DNA from: Eledone cirrhosa
Taxonomy: Eukaryota
Reading direction: 5' to 3'
Assembly: GCA_964016885.1 (NCBI GenBank)
Contig: CAXHJY010001152.1
Coordinates: 1 to 64,000 of the forward strand
DNA: 64,000 nt
How positions within the stretch are numbered: the first letter of the stretch is position 1; each line of letters begins with the position of its first letter. Position numbers and translations under genes: made by a program. Below, in pieces: positions 29,901 to 44,900 of this stretch. Below the pieces are notes generated by a model that had not been told where the DNA came from, searched no databases, and saw only the letters and a list, made by a program, of their open reading frames with translations.

Positions 29901-32900
29901 TTTAGTGTCAATTTGGTGATTTATGATGCCATTTTAGCCATTTTAGTGTCATTTTAGTCATTTATGATGGTGTTTTAGACATTTTAGAGTCATTTTAGCC
30001 ATTTTAGAGTAATTCTAGTCATTTATGATGCTGTTTATAGCCATTTTAGGGTCAGTTAAGACATTTGTTATGCCGTTTTACCCATTTTAGAGTCATTTTA
30101 GTCATTTATGATGCCGTTTTAGACATTTTAGAGTCATTTTAGTCCTTTATAATGCTTTTTGTAGTCATTTTATGCATTTATGTTGCCGTTTTAGCTATTT
30201 TAGTGTCATTTTAATCCTTTATGATGCTGTTTTAGCCATTTTAGTGTCAATTTAGTGATTTATGATGCCGTTTTAGCCATTTTAGTCATTTATGATGCCG
30301 TTTTAGACATTTTAGAGTCCTTTTAGCCATTTTAGAGTAATTCTAGTCATTTATGATGTTGTTTATAGCCATTTTAGGGTCATTTAAGACATTTGTGATG
30401 CCGTTTTACCCATTTTAGAGTCATTTTAGTCATTTATGACGCCGTTTTAGACATTTTAGAGTCATTTTAGAGTAATTCTAGTCATTATGACGCTGTTTAT
30501 AGCCATTTTATGGTTAAATTAGTGATTTATGATGCCGTTTTAGTCATTTTAGAGTCATTTTAGTCCTTTATAATGCTTTTTGTAGTCATTTTATGCATTT
30601 ATGTTGCAGTTTTAGCCAATTTAGTGTCATTTTAATCATTTATGATGCTGTTTTAGCCATTTTAGTGTCAATTTAGTGATTTATGATGCCGTTTTAGCCA
30701 TTTTAGTGTCATGTTAGTCATTTATGATGCTGTTTTAGACATTTTAGAGACATTTTAGCCATTTTAGAGTAATTCTAGTCATTTATGATGCTGTTTATAG
30801 CCATTTTAGGGTCATTTAAGACGTTTGTGATGCCGTTTTACCCATTTTAGAGTCATTTTAGTCATTTATGATGCCGTTTTAGACATTTTAGAGTCATTTT
30901 AGTCCTTTATAATGCTTTTTGTAGTCATTTTATGCATTTATGTTGCTGTTTTAGCCATTTTAGTGTCATTTTAATCATTTATGATGCTGTTTTAGCCATT
31001 TTAGTGTCAATTTAGTGATTTATGATGCCGTTTTAGCCATTTTAGTGTCATTTTAGTCATTTATGATGCCGTTTTAGACATTTTAGAGTCATTTTAGCCA
31101 TTTTAGAGTAATTCTAGTCATTATGACGCTGTTTATAGCCATTTTATGGTTAAATTAGTGGTTTATGATGCCGTTTTAGCCATTTTAGAGTCATTTTAGT
31201 CCTTTATAATGCTTTTTTACTAATTTTATGCATTTATGTTGCAGTTTTAGCCATTTTAGTGTCATTTTAATCATTTATGATGCTGTTTTAGACATTTTAG
31301 AGTCATTTTAGCCATTTTAGAGTAATTCTAGTCATTTATGATGCGGTTTATAGCCATTTTAGGGACATTTAAGACATTTATGATGCCGTTTTACCCATTT
31401 TAGAGTCATTTTAGTCATTTATGATGCCGTTTTAGACATTTTAGAGTCATTTTAGCCATTTTAGAGTAATTCTAGTCATTTATGATGCTGTTTATAGCCA
31501 TTTTAGGGTCAGTTAAGACATTTATGATGCCGTTTTACCCATTTTAGAGTCATTTTAGTCATTTATGATGCCGTTTTAGACATTTTAGAGACATTTTAGC
31601 CATTTTAGAGTAATTCTAGTCATTATGACGCTGTTTATAGCCATTTTATGGTTAAATTAGTGATTTATGATGCCGTTTTAACCATTTTAGAGTCATTTTA
31701 GTCCTTTATAATGCTTTTTGTACTCATTTTATGCATTTATGTTGCCGTTTTAGCCATTTTAGTGTCAATTTAGTGATTTATGATGCCGTTTTAGCCATTT
31801 TAGTGTCATTTTAGTCATTTATGATGCTGTTTTAGACATTTTAGAGTCATTTTAGCCATTTTAGAGTAATTCTAGTCATTTATGATGCTGTTTATAGCCA
31901 TTTTAGGGTCATTCAAGACATTTGTTATGCCGTTTTACCCATTTTAGAGTCATTTTAGTCATTTATGATGCCGTTTTAGACATTTTAGAGTCATTTTAGT
32001 CCTTTATAATGCTTTTTGTAGTCATTTTATGCATTTATGTTGCCGTTTTAGCCATTTTAATCATTTATGTTGCTGTTTTAGCCATTTTAGTGTCAATTTA
32101 GTGATTTACGATGCCGTTTTAGCCATTTTAGTGTCATTTTAGTCATTTATGATGCTGTTTTAGACATTTTAGAGTCATTTTAGCCATTTTAGAGTAATTC
32201 TAGTCATTTATGATGCTGTTTATAGCCATTTTAGGGTCAGTTAAGACATTTGTTATGCCGTTTTACCCATTTTAGAGTCATTTTAGTCATTTATGATGCC
32301 GTTTTAGACATTTTAGAGTCATTTTAGTCCTTTATAATGCTTTTTGTAGTCATTTTATGCATTTATGTTGCAGTTTTAGCCATTTTAGTGTCATTTTAAT
32401 CATTTATGATGCTGTTTTAGCCATTTTAGTGTCAATTTAGTGATTTATGATGCCGTTTTAGCCATTTTAGTGTCATGTTAGTCATTTATGATGCCGTTTT
32501 AGAGACATTTAAACCATTTTAGAGTAATTCTAGTCATTTATGATGCTGTTTATAGCCATTTTAGGGTCATTTAAGACGTTTGTGATGCCGTTTTACCCAT
32601 TTTAGAGTCATTTTAGTCATTTATGATGCCGTTTTAGACATTTTAGAGTCACTTTAGTCCTTTATAATGCTTTTTGTAGTCATTTTATGCATTTATGTTG
32701 CTGTTTTAGCCATTTTAGTGTCATTTTAATCATTTATGATGCTGTTTTAGCCATTTTAGTGTCAATTTAGTGATTTATGATGCCGTTTTAGCCATTTTAG
32801 TGTCATTTTAGTCATTTATGATGCTGTTTTAGACATTTTAGAGTCATTTTAGCCATTTTAGAGTAATTCTAGTCATTTATGATGCTGTTTATAGCCATTT

Positions 32901-35900
32901 TAGGGTCATTTAAGACATTTGTTATGCCGTTTTACCCATTTTAGAGTCATTTTAGTCATTTATGATGCCGTTTTAGACATTTTAGAGTCATTTTAGCCAT
33001 TTTAGAGTAATTCTAGTCATTATGACGCTGTTTATAGCCATTTTATGGTTAAATTAGTGATTTATGATGCCGTTTTAGCCATTTTAGAGTCATTTTAGTC
33101 CTTTATAATGCTTTTTGTACTCATTTTATGCATTTATGTTGCAGTTTTAGCCATTTTAGTGTCATTTTAATCATTTATGATGCTGTTTTAGACATGTTAG
33201 AGTCATTTTAGCCATTTTAGAGTAATTCTATTCATTTATGATGCGGTTTGTAGCCATTTTAGGGTCATTTAAGACATTTATGATGCCGTTTTACCCATTT
33301 TAGAGTCATTTATGATGCCGTTTTAGAGTCATTTTAGCCATTTTAGAGTAATTCTAGTCATTATTACGCTGTTTATAGCCATTTTCTGGTTAAATTAGTG
33401 ATTTATGATGCCGTTTTAGCCATTTTAAAGTCATTTTAGTCCTTTATAATGCTTTTTGTAGTCATTTTATGCATTTATGTTGCCGTTTTAGCCATTTTAG
33501 TGTCAATTTAGTGATTTATGATGCCGTTTTAGCCATTTTAGTGTCATTTTAGTCATTTATGATGCTGTTTATAGCCATTTTAGGGTCATTTAAGACATTT
33601 GTTATGCCGTTTTACCCATTTTAGAGTCATTTTAGTCATTTATGATGCCGTTTTAGACATTTTAGAGTCATTTTAGTCCTTTATAATGCTTTTTGTAGTC
33701 ATTTTATGCATTTATGTTGCCGTTTTAGCCATTTTAGTGTCATTTATGTTGCTGTTTTAGCCATTTTAGTGTCAATTTAGTGATTTATGATGCCGTTTTA
33801 GCCATTTTAGTGTCATTTTAGTCATTTATGATGCTGTTTTAGACATTTTAGAGTAATTCTAGTCATTTATGATGCTGTTTATAGCCATTTTAGGGTCATT
33901 TAAGACGTTTGTGATGCCGTTTTACCCATTTTAGTCATTTATGATGCCGTTTTAGACATTTTGGAGTCATTTTAGTCCTTTATAATGCTTTTTATAGTCA
34001 TTTTATGCATTTATGTTGCTGTTTTAGCCATTTTAGTGTCATATTAATCATTTATGATGCTGTTTTAGCCATTTTAGTGTCAATTTGGTGATTTATGATG
34101 CCATTTTAGCCATTTTAGTGTCATTTTAGTCATTTATGATGGTGTTTTAGACATTTTAGAGTCATTTTAGCCATTTTAGAGTAATTCTAGTCATTTATGA
34201 TGCTGTTTATAGCCATTTTAGGGTCAGTTAAGACATTTGTTATGCCGTTTTACCCATTTTAGAGTCATTTTAGTCATTTATGATGCCGTTTTAGACATTT
34301 TAGAGTCATTTTAGTCCTTTATAATGCTTTTTGTAGTCATTTTATGCATTTATGTTGCCGTTTTAGCTATTTTAGTGTCATTTTAATCCTTTATGATGCT
34401 GTTTTAGCCATTTTAGTGTCAATTTAGTGATTTATGATGCCGTTTTAGCCATTTTAGTCATTTATGATGCCGTTTTAGACATTTTAGAGTCCTTTTAGCC
34501 ATTTTAGAGTAATTCTAGTCATTTATGATGTTGTTTATAGCCATTTTAGGGTCATTTAAGACATTTGTGATGCCGTTTTACCCATTTTAGAGTCATTTTA
34601 GTCATTTATGACGCCGTTTTAGACATTTTAGAGTCATTTTAGAGTAATTCTAGTCATTATGACGCTGTTTATAGCCATTTTATGGTTAAATTAGTGATTT
34701 ATGATGCCGTTTTAGCCATTTTAGAGTCATTTTAGTCCTTTATAATGCTTTTTGTAGTCATTTTATGCATTTATGTTGCAGTTTTAGCCAATTTAGTGTC
34801 ATTTTAATCATTTATGATGCTGTTTTAGCCATTTTAGTGTCAATTTAGTGATTTATGATGCCGTTTTAGCCATTTTAGTGTCATGTTAGTCATTTATGAT
34901 GCTGTTTTAGACATTTTAGAGACATTTTAGCCATTTTAGAGTAATTCTAGTCATTTATGATGCTGTTTATAGCCATTTTAGGGTCATTTAAGACGTTTGT
35001 GATGCCGTTTTACCCATTTTAGAGTCATTTTAGTCATTTATGATGCCGTTTTAGACATTTTAGAGTCATTTTAGTCCTTTATAATGCTTTTTGTAGTCAT
35101 TTTATGCATTTATGTTGCTGTTTTAGCCATTTTAGTGTCATTTTAATCATTTATGATGCTGTTTTAGCCATTTTAGTGTCAATTTAGTGATTTATGATGC
35201 CGTTTTAGCCATTTTAGTGTCATTTTAGTCATTTATGATGCCGTTTTAGACATTTTAGAGTCATTTTAGCCATTTTAGAGTAATTCTAGTCATTATGACG
35301 CTGTTTATAGCCATTTTATGGTTAAATTAGTGGTTTATGATGCCGTTTTAGCCATTTTAGAGTCATTTTAGTCCTTTATAATGCTTTTTTACTAATTTTA
35401 TGCATTTATGTTGCAGTTTTAGCCATTTTAGTGTCATTTTAATCATTTATGATGCTGTTTTAGACATTTTAGAGTCATTTTAGCCATTTTAGAGTAATTC
35501 TAGTCATTTATGATGCGGTTTATAGCCATTTTAGGGACATTTAAGACATTTATGATGCCGTTTTACCCATTTTAGAGTCATTTTAGTCATTTATGATGCC
35601 GTTTTAGACATTTTAGAGTCATTTTAGCCATTTTAGAGTAATTCTAGTCATTTATGATGCTGTTTATAGCCATTTTAGGGTCAGTTAAGACATTTATGAT
35701 GCCGTTTTACCCATTTTAGAGTCATTTTAGTCATTTATGATGCCGTTTTAGACATTTTAGAGACATTTTAGCCATTTTAGAGTAATTCTAGTCATTATGA
35801 CGCTGTTTATAGCCATTTTATGGTTAAATTAGTGATTTATGATGCCGTTTTAACCATTTTAGAGTCATTTTAGTCCTTTATAATGCTTTTTGTACTCATT

Positions 35901-38900
35901 TTATGCATTTATGTTGCCGTTTTAGCCATTTTAGTGTCAATTTAGTGATTTATGATGCCGTTTTAGCCATTTTAGTGTCATTTTAGTCATTTATGATGCT
36001 GTTTTAGACATTTTAGAGTCATTTTAGCCATTTTAGAGTAATTCTAGTCATTTATGATGCTGTTTATAGCCATTTTAGGGTCATTCAAGACATTTGTTAT
36101 GCCGTTTTACCCATTTTAGAGTCATTTTAGTCATTTATGATGCCGTTTTAGACATTTTAGAGTCATTTTAGTCCTTTATAATGCTTTTTGTAGTCATTTT
36201 ATGCATTTATGTTGCCGTTTTAGCCATTTTAATCATTTATGTTGCTGTTTTAGCCATTTTAGTGTCAATTTAGTGATTTACGATGCCGTTTTAGCCATTT
36301 TAGTGTCATTTTAGTCATTTATGATGCTGTTTTAGACATTTTAGAGTCATTTTAGCCATTTTAGAGTAATTCTAGTCATTTATGATGCTGTTTATAGCCA
36401 TTTTAGGGTCAGTTAAGACATTTGTTATGCCGTTTTACCCATTTTAGAGTCATTTTAGTCATTTATGATGCCGTTTTAGACATTTTAGAGTCATTTTAGT
36501 CCTTTATAATGCTTTTTGTAGTCATTTTATGCATTTATGTTGCCGTTTTAGCTATTTTAGTGTCATTTTAATCCTTTATGATGCTGTTTTAGCCATTTTA
36601 GTGTCAATTTAGTGATTTATGATGCCGTTTTAGCCATTTTAGTCATTTATGATGCCGTTTTAGACATTTTAGAGTCCTTTAGCCATTTTAGAGTAATTCT
36701 AGTCATTTATGATGCTGTTTATAGCCATTTTAGGGTCAGTTAAGACATTTATGATGCCGTTTTAGGACATTTTAGAGACATTTTAGGCATTTTAGAGTAA
36801 TTCTAGTCATTATGACGCTGTTTATAGCCATTTTATGGTTAAATTAGTGATTTATGATGCCGTTTTAGCCATTTTAGAGTCATTTTAGTCCTTTATAATG
36901 CTTTTTTGTACTCATTTTATGCATTTATGTTGCCGTTTTAGCCATTTTAGTGTCAATTTAGTGATTTATGATGCCGTTTTAGCCATTTTAGAGTCATTTT
37001 AGTCCTTTATAATGCTTTTTGTAGTCATTTTATGCATTTATGTTGCAGTTTTAGCCAATTTAGTGTCATTTTAATCATTTATGATGCTGTTTTAGCCATT
37101 TTAGTGTCAATTTAGTGATTTATGATGCCGTTTTAGCCATTTTAGTGTCATGTTAGTCATTTATGATGCTGTTTTAGACATTTTAGAGACATTTTAGCCA
37201 TTTTAGAGTAATTCTAGTCATTTATGATGCTGTTTATAGCCATTTTAGGGTCATTTAAGACGTTTGTGATGCCGTTTTACCCATTTTAGAGTCATTTTAG
37301 TCATTTATGATGCCGTTTTAGACAGTTTAGAGTCATTTTAGTCCTTTATAATGCTTTTTGTAGTCATTTTATGCATTTATGTTGCTGTTTTAGCCATTTT
37401 AGTGTCATTTTAATCATTTATGATGCTGTTTTAGCCATTTTAGTGTCAATTTAGTGATTTATGATGCCGTTTTAGCCATTTTAGTGTCATTTTAGTCATT
37501 TATGATGCCGTTTTAGACATTTTAGAGCCATTTTAGAGTAATTCTAGTCATTATGACGCTGTTTATAGCCATTTTATGGTTAAATTAGTGGTTTATGATG
37601 CCGTTTTAGCCATTTTAGAGTCATTTTAGTCCTTTATAATGCTTTTTGTACTCATTTTATGCATTTATGTTGCAGTTTTAGCCATTTTAGTGTCATTTTA
37701 ATCATTTATGATGCTGTTTTAGACATTTTAGAGTCATTTTAGCCATTTTAGAGTAATTCTAGTCATTTATGATGCGGTTTATAGCCATTTTAGGGACATT
37801 TAAGACATTTATGATGCCGTTTTACCCATTTTAGAGTCATTTTAGTCATTTATGATGCCGTTTTAGACATTTTAGAGTCATTTTAGCCATTTTAGAGTAA
37901 TTCTAGTCATTTATGATGCTGTTTATAGCCATTTTAGGGTCAGTTAAGACATTTATGATGCCGTTTTACCCATTTTAGAGTCATTTTAGTCATTTATGAT
38001 GCCGTTTTAGACATTTTAGAGACATTTTAGCCATTTTAGAGTAATTCTAGTCATTATGACGCTGTTTATAGCCATTTTATGGTTAAATTAGTGATTTATG
38101 ATGCCGTTTTAGCCATTTTAGTCCTTTATAATGCTTTTTGTACTCATTTTATGCATTTATGTTGCCGTTTTAGCCATTTTAGTGTCAATTTAGTGATTTA
38201 TGATGCCGTTTTAGCCATTTTAGTGTCATTTTAGTCATTTATGATGCTGTTTTAGACATTTTAGAGTCATTTTAGCCATTTTAGTGTAATTCTAGTCATT
38301 TATGATGCTGTTTATAGCCATTTTAGGGTCATTTAAGACATTTGTTATGCCGTTTTACCCATTTTAGAGTCATTTTAGTCATTTATGATGCCGTTTTAGA
38401 CATTTTAGAGTCATTTTAGTCCTTTATAATGCTTTTTGTAGTCATTTTATGCATTTATGTTGCCGTTTTAGCCATTTTAATCATTTATGTTGCTGTTTTA
38501 GCCATTTTAGTGTCAATTTAGTCATTTATGATGCCGTTTTAGCCATTTTAGTGTCATTTTAGTCATTTATGATGCCGTTTTAGACATTTTAGAGTCATTT
38601 TAGTCCTTTATAATGCTTTTTATAGTCATTTTATGCATTTATGTTGCTGTTTTAGCCATTTTAGTGTCATATTAATCATTTATGATGCTGTTTTAGCCAT
38701 TTTAGTGTCAATTTAGTGATTTATGATGCCATTTTAGCCATTTTAGTGTCAATTTAGTCATTTATGTTGCTGTTTTAGACATTTTAGAGTCATTTTAGCC
38801 ATTTTAGAGTAATTCTAGTCATTTATGATGCTGTTTATAGCCATTTTAGGGTCAGTTAAGACATTTATGATGCCGTTTTACCCATTTTAGAGTCATTTAA

Positions 38901-41900
38901 GTCATTTATGATGCCGTTTTAGACATTTTAGAGACATTTTAGCCATTTTAGAGTAATTCTAGTCATTATGACGCTGTTTATAGCCATTTTATGGTTAAAT
39001 TAGTGATTTATGATGCCGTTTTAGCCATTTTAGAGTCATTTTAGTCCTTTATAATGCTTTTTGTACTCATTTTATGCATTTATGTTGCCGTTTTAGCCAT
39101 TTTAATCATTTATGTTGCTGTTTTAGCCATTTTAGTGTCATATTAATCATTTATGATGCTGTTTTAGCCATTTTAGTGTCAATTTAGTGATTTATGATGC
39201 CATTTTAGCCATTTTAGTGTCATTTTAGTCATTTATGTTGCTGTTTTAGACATTTTAGAGTCATTTTAGCCATTTTAGAGTAATACTAGTCATTTATGAT
39301 GCTGTTTATAGCCATTTTAGGGTCAGTTAAGACATTTGTTATGCCGTTTTACCCATTTTAGAGTCATTTTAGTCATTTATGATGCCGTTTTAGACATTTT
39401 AGAGTCATTTTAGTCCTTTATAATGCTTTTTGTAGTCATTTTATGCATTTATGTTGCCGTTTTAGCCATTTTAGTGTCATTTTAATCCTTTATGATGCTG
39501 TTTTAGCCATTTTAGTGTCAATTTAGTGATTTATGATGCCGTTTTAGCCATTTTAGTCATTTATGATGCCGTTTTAGACATTTTAGAGTCCTTTTAGCCA
39601 TTTTAGAGTAATTCTAGTCATTTATGATGCTGTTTATAGCCATTTTAGGGTCATTTAAGACATTTGTGATGCCGTTTTACCCATTTTAGAGTCATTTTAG
39701 TCATTTATGATGCCGTTTTAGACATTTTAGAGTCATTTTAGCCATTTTAGAGTAATTCTAGTCATTATGACGCTGTTTATAGCCATTTTATGGTTAAATT
39801 AGTGATTTATGATGCCGTTTGAGCCATTTTAGAGTCGTTTTAGTCCTTTATAATGCTTTTTGTAGTCATTTTATGCATTTATGTTGCAGTTTTAGCCATT
39901 TTAGTGTCATTTTAATCATTTATGATGCTGTTTTAGCCATTTTAGTGTCAATTTAGTGATTTATGATGCCGTTTTAGCCATTTTAGTGTCATGTTAGTCA
40001 TTTATGATGCTGTTTTAGACATTTTAGAGACATTTTAGCCATTTTAGAGTAATTCTAGTCATTTATTATGCTGTTTATAGCCATTTTAGGGTCATTTAAG
40101 ACGTTTGTGATGCCGTTTTACCCATTTTAGAGTCATTTTAGTCATTTATGATGCCGTTTTAGACATTTTAGAGTCATTTTAGTCCGTTATAATGCTTTTT
40201 ATAGTCATTTTATGCATTTATGTTGCTGTTTTAGCCATTTTAGTGTCATATTAATCATTTATGATGCTGTTTTAGCCATTTTAGTGTCAATTTAGTGATT
40301 TATGATGCCATTTTAGCCATTTTAGTGTCATTTTAGTCATTTATGTTGCTGTTTTAGACATTTTAGAGTCATTTTAGCCATTTTAGAGTAATTCTAGTCA
40401 TTTATGTTGCTGTTTATAGCCATTTTAGGGTCAGTTAAGACATTTGTTATGCCGTTTTACCCATTTTAGAGTCATTTTAGTCATTTATGATGCCGTTTTA
40501 GACATTTTGCAGTCATTTTAGTCCTTTATAATGCTTTTTATAGTCATTTTATGCATTTATGTTGCTGTTTTAGCCATTTTAGTGTCATATTAATCATTTA
40601 TGATGCTGTTTTAGCCATTTTAGTGTCAATTTAGTGATTTATGATGCCGTTTTAGCCATTTTAGTGTCATTTTAGTCATTTATGATGCTGTTTTAGACAT
40701 TTTAGAGTCATTTTAGCCATTTTAGAGTAATTCTAGTCATTTATGATGCTGTTTATAGCCATTTTAGGGTCATTTAAGACGTTTGTGATGCCGTTTTACC
40801 CATTTTAGAGTCATTTTAGTCATTTATGATGCCGTTTTAGACATTTTAGAGTCATTTTAGTCCTTTATAATGCTTTTTGTAGTCATTTTATGCATTTATG
40901 TTGCTGTTTTAGCCATTTTAGTGTCATTTTAATCATTTATGATGCTGTTTTAGCCATTTTAGTGTCAATTTAGTGATTTATGATGCCGTTTAAGCCATTT
41001 TAGTGTCATTTTAGTCATTTATGATGCTGTTTTAGACATTTTAGAGTCATTTTAGCCATTTTAGAGTAATTCTAGTCATTTATGATGCTGTTTATAGCCA
41101 TTTCAGGGTCATTTAAGACATTTGTTATGCCGTTTTACCCATTTTAGAGTCATTTTAGTCATTTATGATGCCGTTTTAGACATTTTAGAGTCATTTTAGC
41201 CATTTTAGAGTAATTCTAGTCATTATGACGCCGTTTATAGCCATTTTATGGTTAAATTAGTGGTTTATGATGCCGTTTTAGCCATTTTAGAGTCATTTTA
41301 GTCCTTTATAATGCTTTTTGTACTCATTTTATGCATTTATGTTGCAGTTTTAGCCATTTTAGTGTCATTTTAATCATTTATGATGCTGTTTTAGACATTT
41401 TAGAGTCATTTTAGCCATTTTAGAGTAATTCTAGTCATTTATGATGCGGTTTATAGCCATTTTAGGGACATTTAAGACATTTATGATGCCGTTTTACCCA
41501 ATTTAGAGTCATTTTAGTCATTTATGATGCCGTTTTAGTCATTTTAGAGACATTTTAGCCATTTTGAGTAATTCTAGTCATTATGACGCTGTTTATAGCC
41601 ATTTTATGGTTAAATTAGTGATTTATGATGCCGTTTTAGCCATTTTAGAGTCATTTTAGTCCTTTATAATGCTTTTTGTACTCATTTTATGCATTTATGT
41701 TGCCGTTTTAGCCATTTTAGTGTCAATTTAGTGATTTATGATGCCGTTTTAGCCATTTTAGTGTCATTTTAGTCATTTATGATGCTGTTTTAGACATTTT
41801 AGAGTCATTTTAGCCATTTTAGAGTAATTCTAGTCATTTATGATGCTGTTTATAGCCATTTTAGGGTCATTTAAGACATTTGTTATGCCGTTTTACCCAT

Positions 41901-44900
41901 TTTAGAGTCATTTTAGTCATTTATGATGCCGTTTTAGACATTTTAGAGTCATTTTAGTCCTTTATAATGCTTTTTGTAGTCATTTTATGCATTTATGTTG
42001 CCGTTTTAGCCATTTTAATCATTTATGTTGCTGTTTTAGCCATTTTAGTGTCAATTTAGTGATTTATGATGCCGTTTTAGCCATTTTAGTGTCATTTTAG
42101 TCATTTATGATGCTGTTTTAGACATTTTAGAGTCATTTTAGCCATTTTAGAGTAATTCTAGTCATTTATGATGCTGTTTATAGCCATTTTAGGGTCATTT
42201 AAGACGTTTGTGATGCCGTTTTACCCATTTTAGAGTCATTTTAGTCATTTATGATGCCGTTTTAGACATTTTGGAATCATTTTAGTCCTTTATAATGCTT
42301 TTTATAGTCATTTTATGCATTTATGTTGCTGTTTTAGCCGTTTTAGTGTCATATTAATCATTTATGATGCTGTTTTAGCCATTTTAGTGTCAAATTAGTG
42401 ATTTATGATGCCATTTTAGCCATTTTAGTGTCATTTTATTCATTTATGTTGCTGTTTTAGACATTTTAGAGTCATTTTAGCCATATTAGAGTAATTCTAG
42501 TCATTTATGATGCTGTTTATAGCCATTTTAGGGTCAGTTAAGACATTTGTTATGCCGTTTTACCCATTTTAGAGTCATTTTAGTCATTTATGATGCCGTT
42601 TTAGACATTTTAGAGTCATTTTAGTCCTTTATAATGCTTTTTGTAGTCATTTTATGCATTTATGTTGCCGTTTTAGCCATTTTAGTGTCATTTTAATCCT
42701 TTATGATGCTGTTTTAGCCATTTTAGTGTCAATTTAGTGATTTATGATGCCGTTTTAGCCATTTTAGTCATTTATGATGCCGTTTTAGACATTTTAGAGT
42801 CCTTTTAGCCATTTTAGAGTAATTCTAGTCATTTATGATGCTGTTTATAGCCATTTTAGGGTCATTTAAGACATTTGTGATGCCGTTTTACCCATTTTAG
42901 AGTCATTTTAGTCATTTATGATGCCGTTTTAGACATTTTAGAGTCATTTTAGCCATTTTAGAGTAATTCTAGTCATTATGACGCTGTTTATAGCCATTTT
43001 ATGGTTAAATTAGTGATTTATGATGCCGTTTTAGCCATTTTAGTGTCATTTTAATCATTTATGATGCTGTTTTAGCCATTTTAGTGTCAATTTAGTGATT
43101 TATGATGCCGTTTTAGCCATTTTAGTGTCATGTTAGTCATTTATGATGCTGTTTTAGACATTTTAGAGACATTTTAGCCATTTTAGAGTAATTCTAGTCA
43201 TTTATTATGCTGTTTATAGCCATTTTAGGGTCATTTAAGACGTTTGTGATGCCGCTTTACCCATTTTAGAGTCATTTTAGTCATTTATGATGCCGTTTTA
43301 GACATTTTAGAGTCATTTTAGTCCTTTACAATGCTTTTTATAGTCATTTTATGCATTTATGTTGCTGTTTTAGCCATTTTAGTGTCATATTAATCATTTA
43401 TGATGCTGTTTTAGCCATTTTAGTGTCAATTTAGTGATTTATGATGCCATTTTAGCCATTTTAGTGTCATTTTAGTCATTTATGTTGCTGTTTTAGACAT
43501 TTTAGAGTCATTTTAGCCATTTTAGAGTAATTCTAGTCATTTATGTTGCTGTTTATAGCCATTTTAGGGTCAGTTAAGACATTTGTTATGCCGTTTTACC
43601 CATTTTGGAGTCATTTTAGTCCTTTATAATGCTTTTTATAGTCATTTTATGTATTTATGTTGCTGTTTTAGCCATTTTAGTGTCATATTAATCATTTATG
43701 ATGCTGTTTTAGCCATTTTAGTGTCAATTTAGTGATTTATGATGCCGTTTTAGCCATTTTAGTGTCATGTTCGTCATTTATGATGCTGTTTTAGACATTT
43801 TAGAGACATTTTAGCCATTTTAGAGTAATTCTAGTCATTTATGATGCTGTTTATAGCCATTTTAGGGTCATTTAAGACGTTTGTGATGCCGTTTTACCCA
43901 TTTTAGAGTCATTTTAGTCATTTATGATGCCGTTTTAGACATTTTAGAGTCATTTTAGTCCTTTATAATGCTTTTTGTAGTCATTTTATGCATTTATGTT
44001 GCTGTTTTAGCCATTTTAGTGTCATTTTAATCATTTATGATGCTGTTTTAGCCATTTTAGTGTCAATTTAGTGATTTATGATGCCGTTTTAGCCATTTTA
44101 GTGTCATTTTAGTCATTTATGATGCTGTTTTAGACATTTTAGAGTCATTTTAGCCATTTTAGAGTAATTCTAGTCATTTATGATGCTGTTTATAGCCATT
44201 TCAGGGTCATTTAAGACATTTGTTATGCCGTTTTACCCATTTTAGAGTCATTTTAGTCATTTATGATGCCGTTTTAGACATTTTAGAGTCATTTTAGCCA
44301 TTTTAGAGTAATTCTAGTCATTATGACGCTGTTTATAGCCATGTTATGGTTAAATTAGTGGTTTATGATGCCGTTTTAGCCATTTTAGAGTCATTTTAGT
44401 CCTTTATAATGCTTTTTGTACTCATTTTATGCATTTATGTTGCAGTTTTAGCCATTTTAGTGTCATTTTAATCATTTATGATGCTGTTTTAGACATTTTA
44501 GAGTCATTTTAGCCATTTTAGGGTAATTCTAGTCATTTATGATGCTGTTTATAGCCATTTTAGGGTCAGTTAAGACATTTATGATGCCGTTTTACCCATT
44601 TTAGAGTCATTTTAGTCATTTATGATGCCGTTTTAGTCATTTTAGAGACATTTTAGCCATTTTAGAGTAATTCTAGTCATTATGACGCTGTTTATAGCCA
44701 TTTTATGGTTAAATTAGTGGTTTATGATGCCGTTTTAGCCATTTTAGAGTCATTTTAGTCCTTTATAATGCTTTTTGTACTCATTTTATGCATTTATCTT
44801 GCAGTTTTAGCCATTTTAGTGTCATTTTAATCATTTATGATGCTGTTTTAGACATTTTAGAGTCATTTTAGCCATTTTAGAGTAATTCTAGTCATTTATG

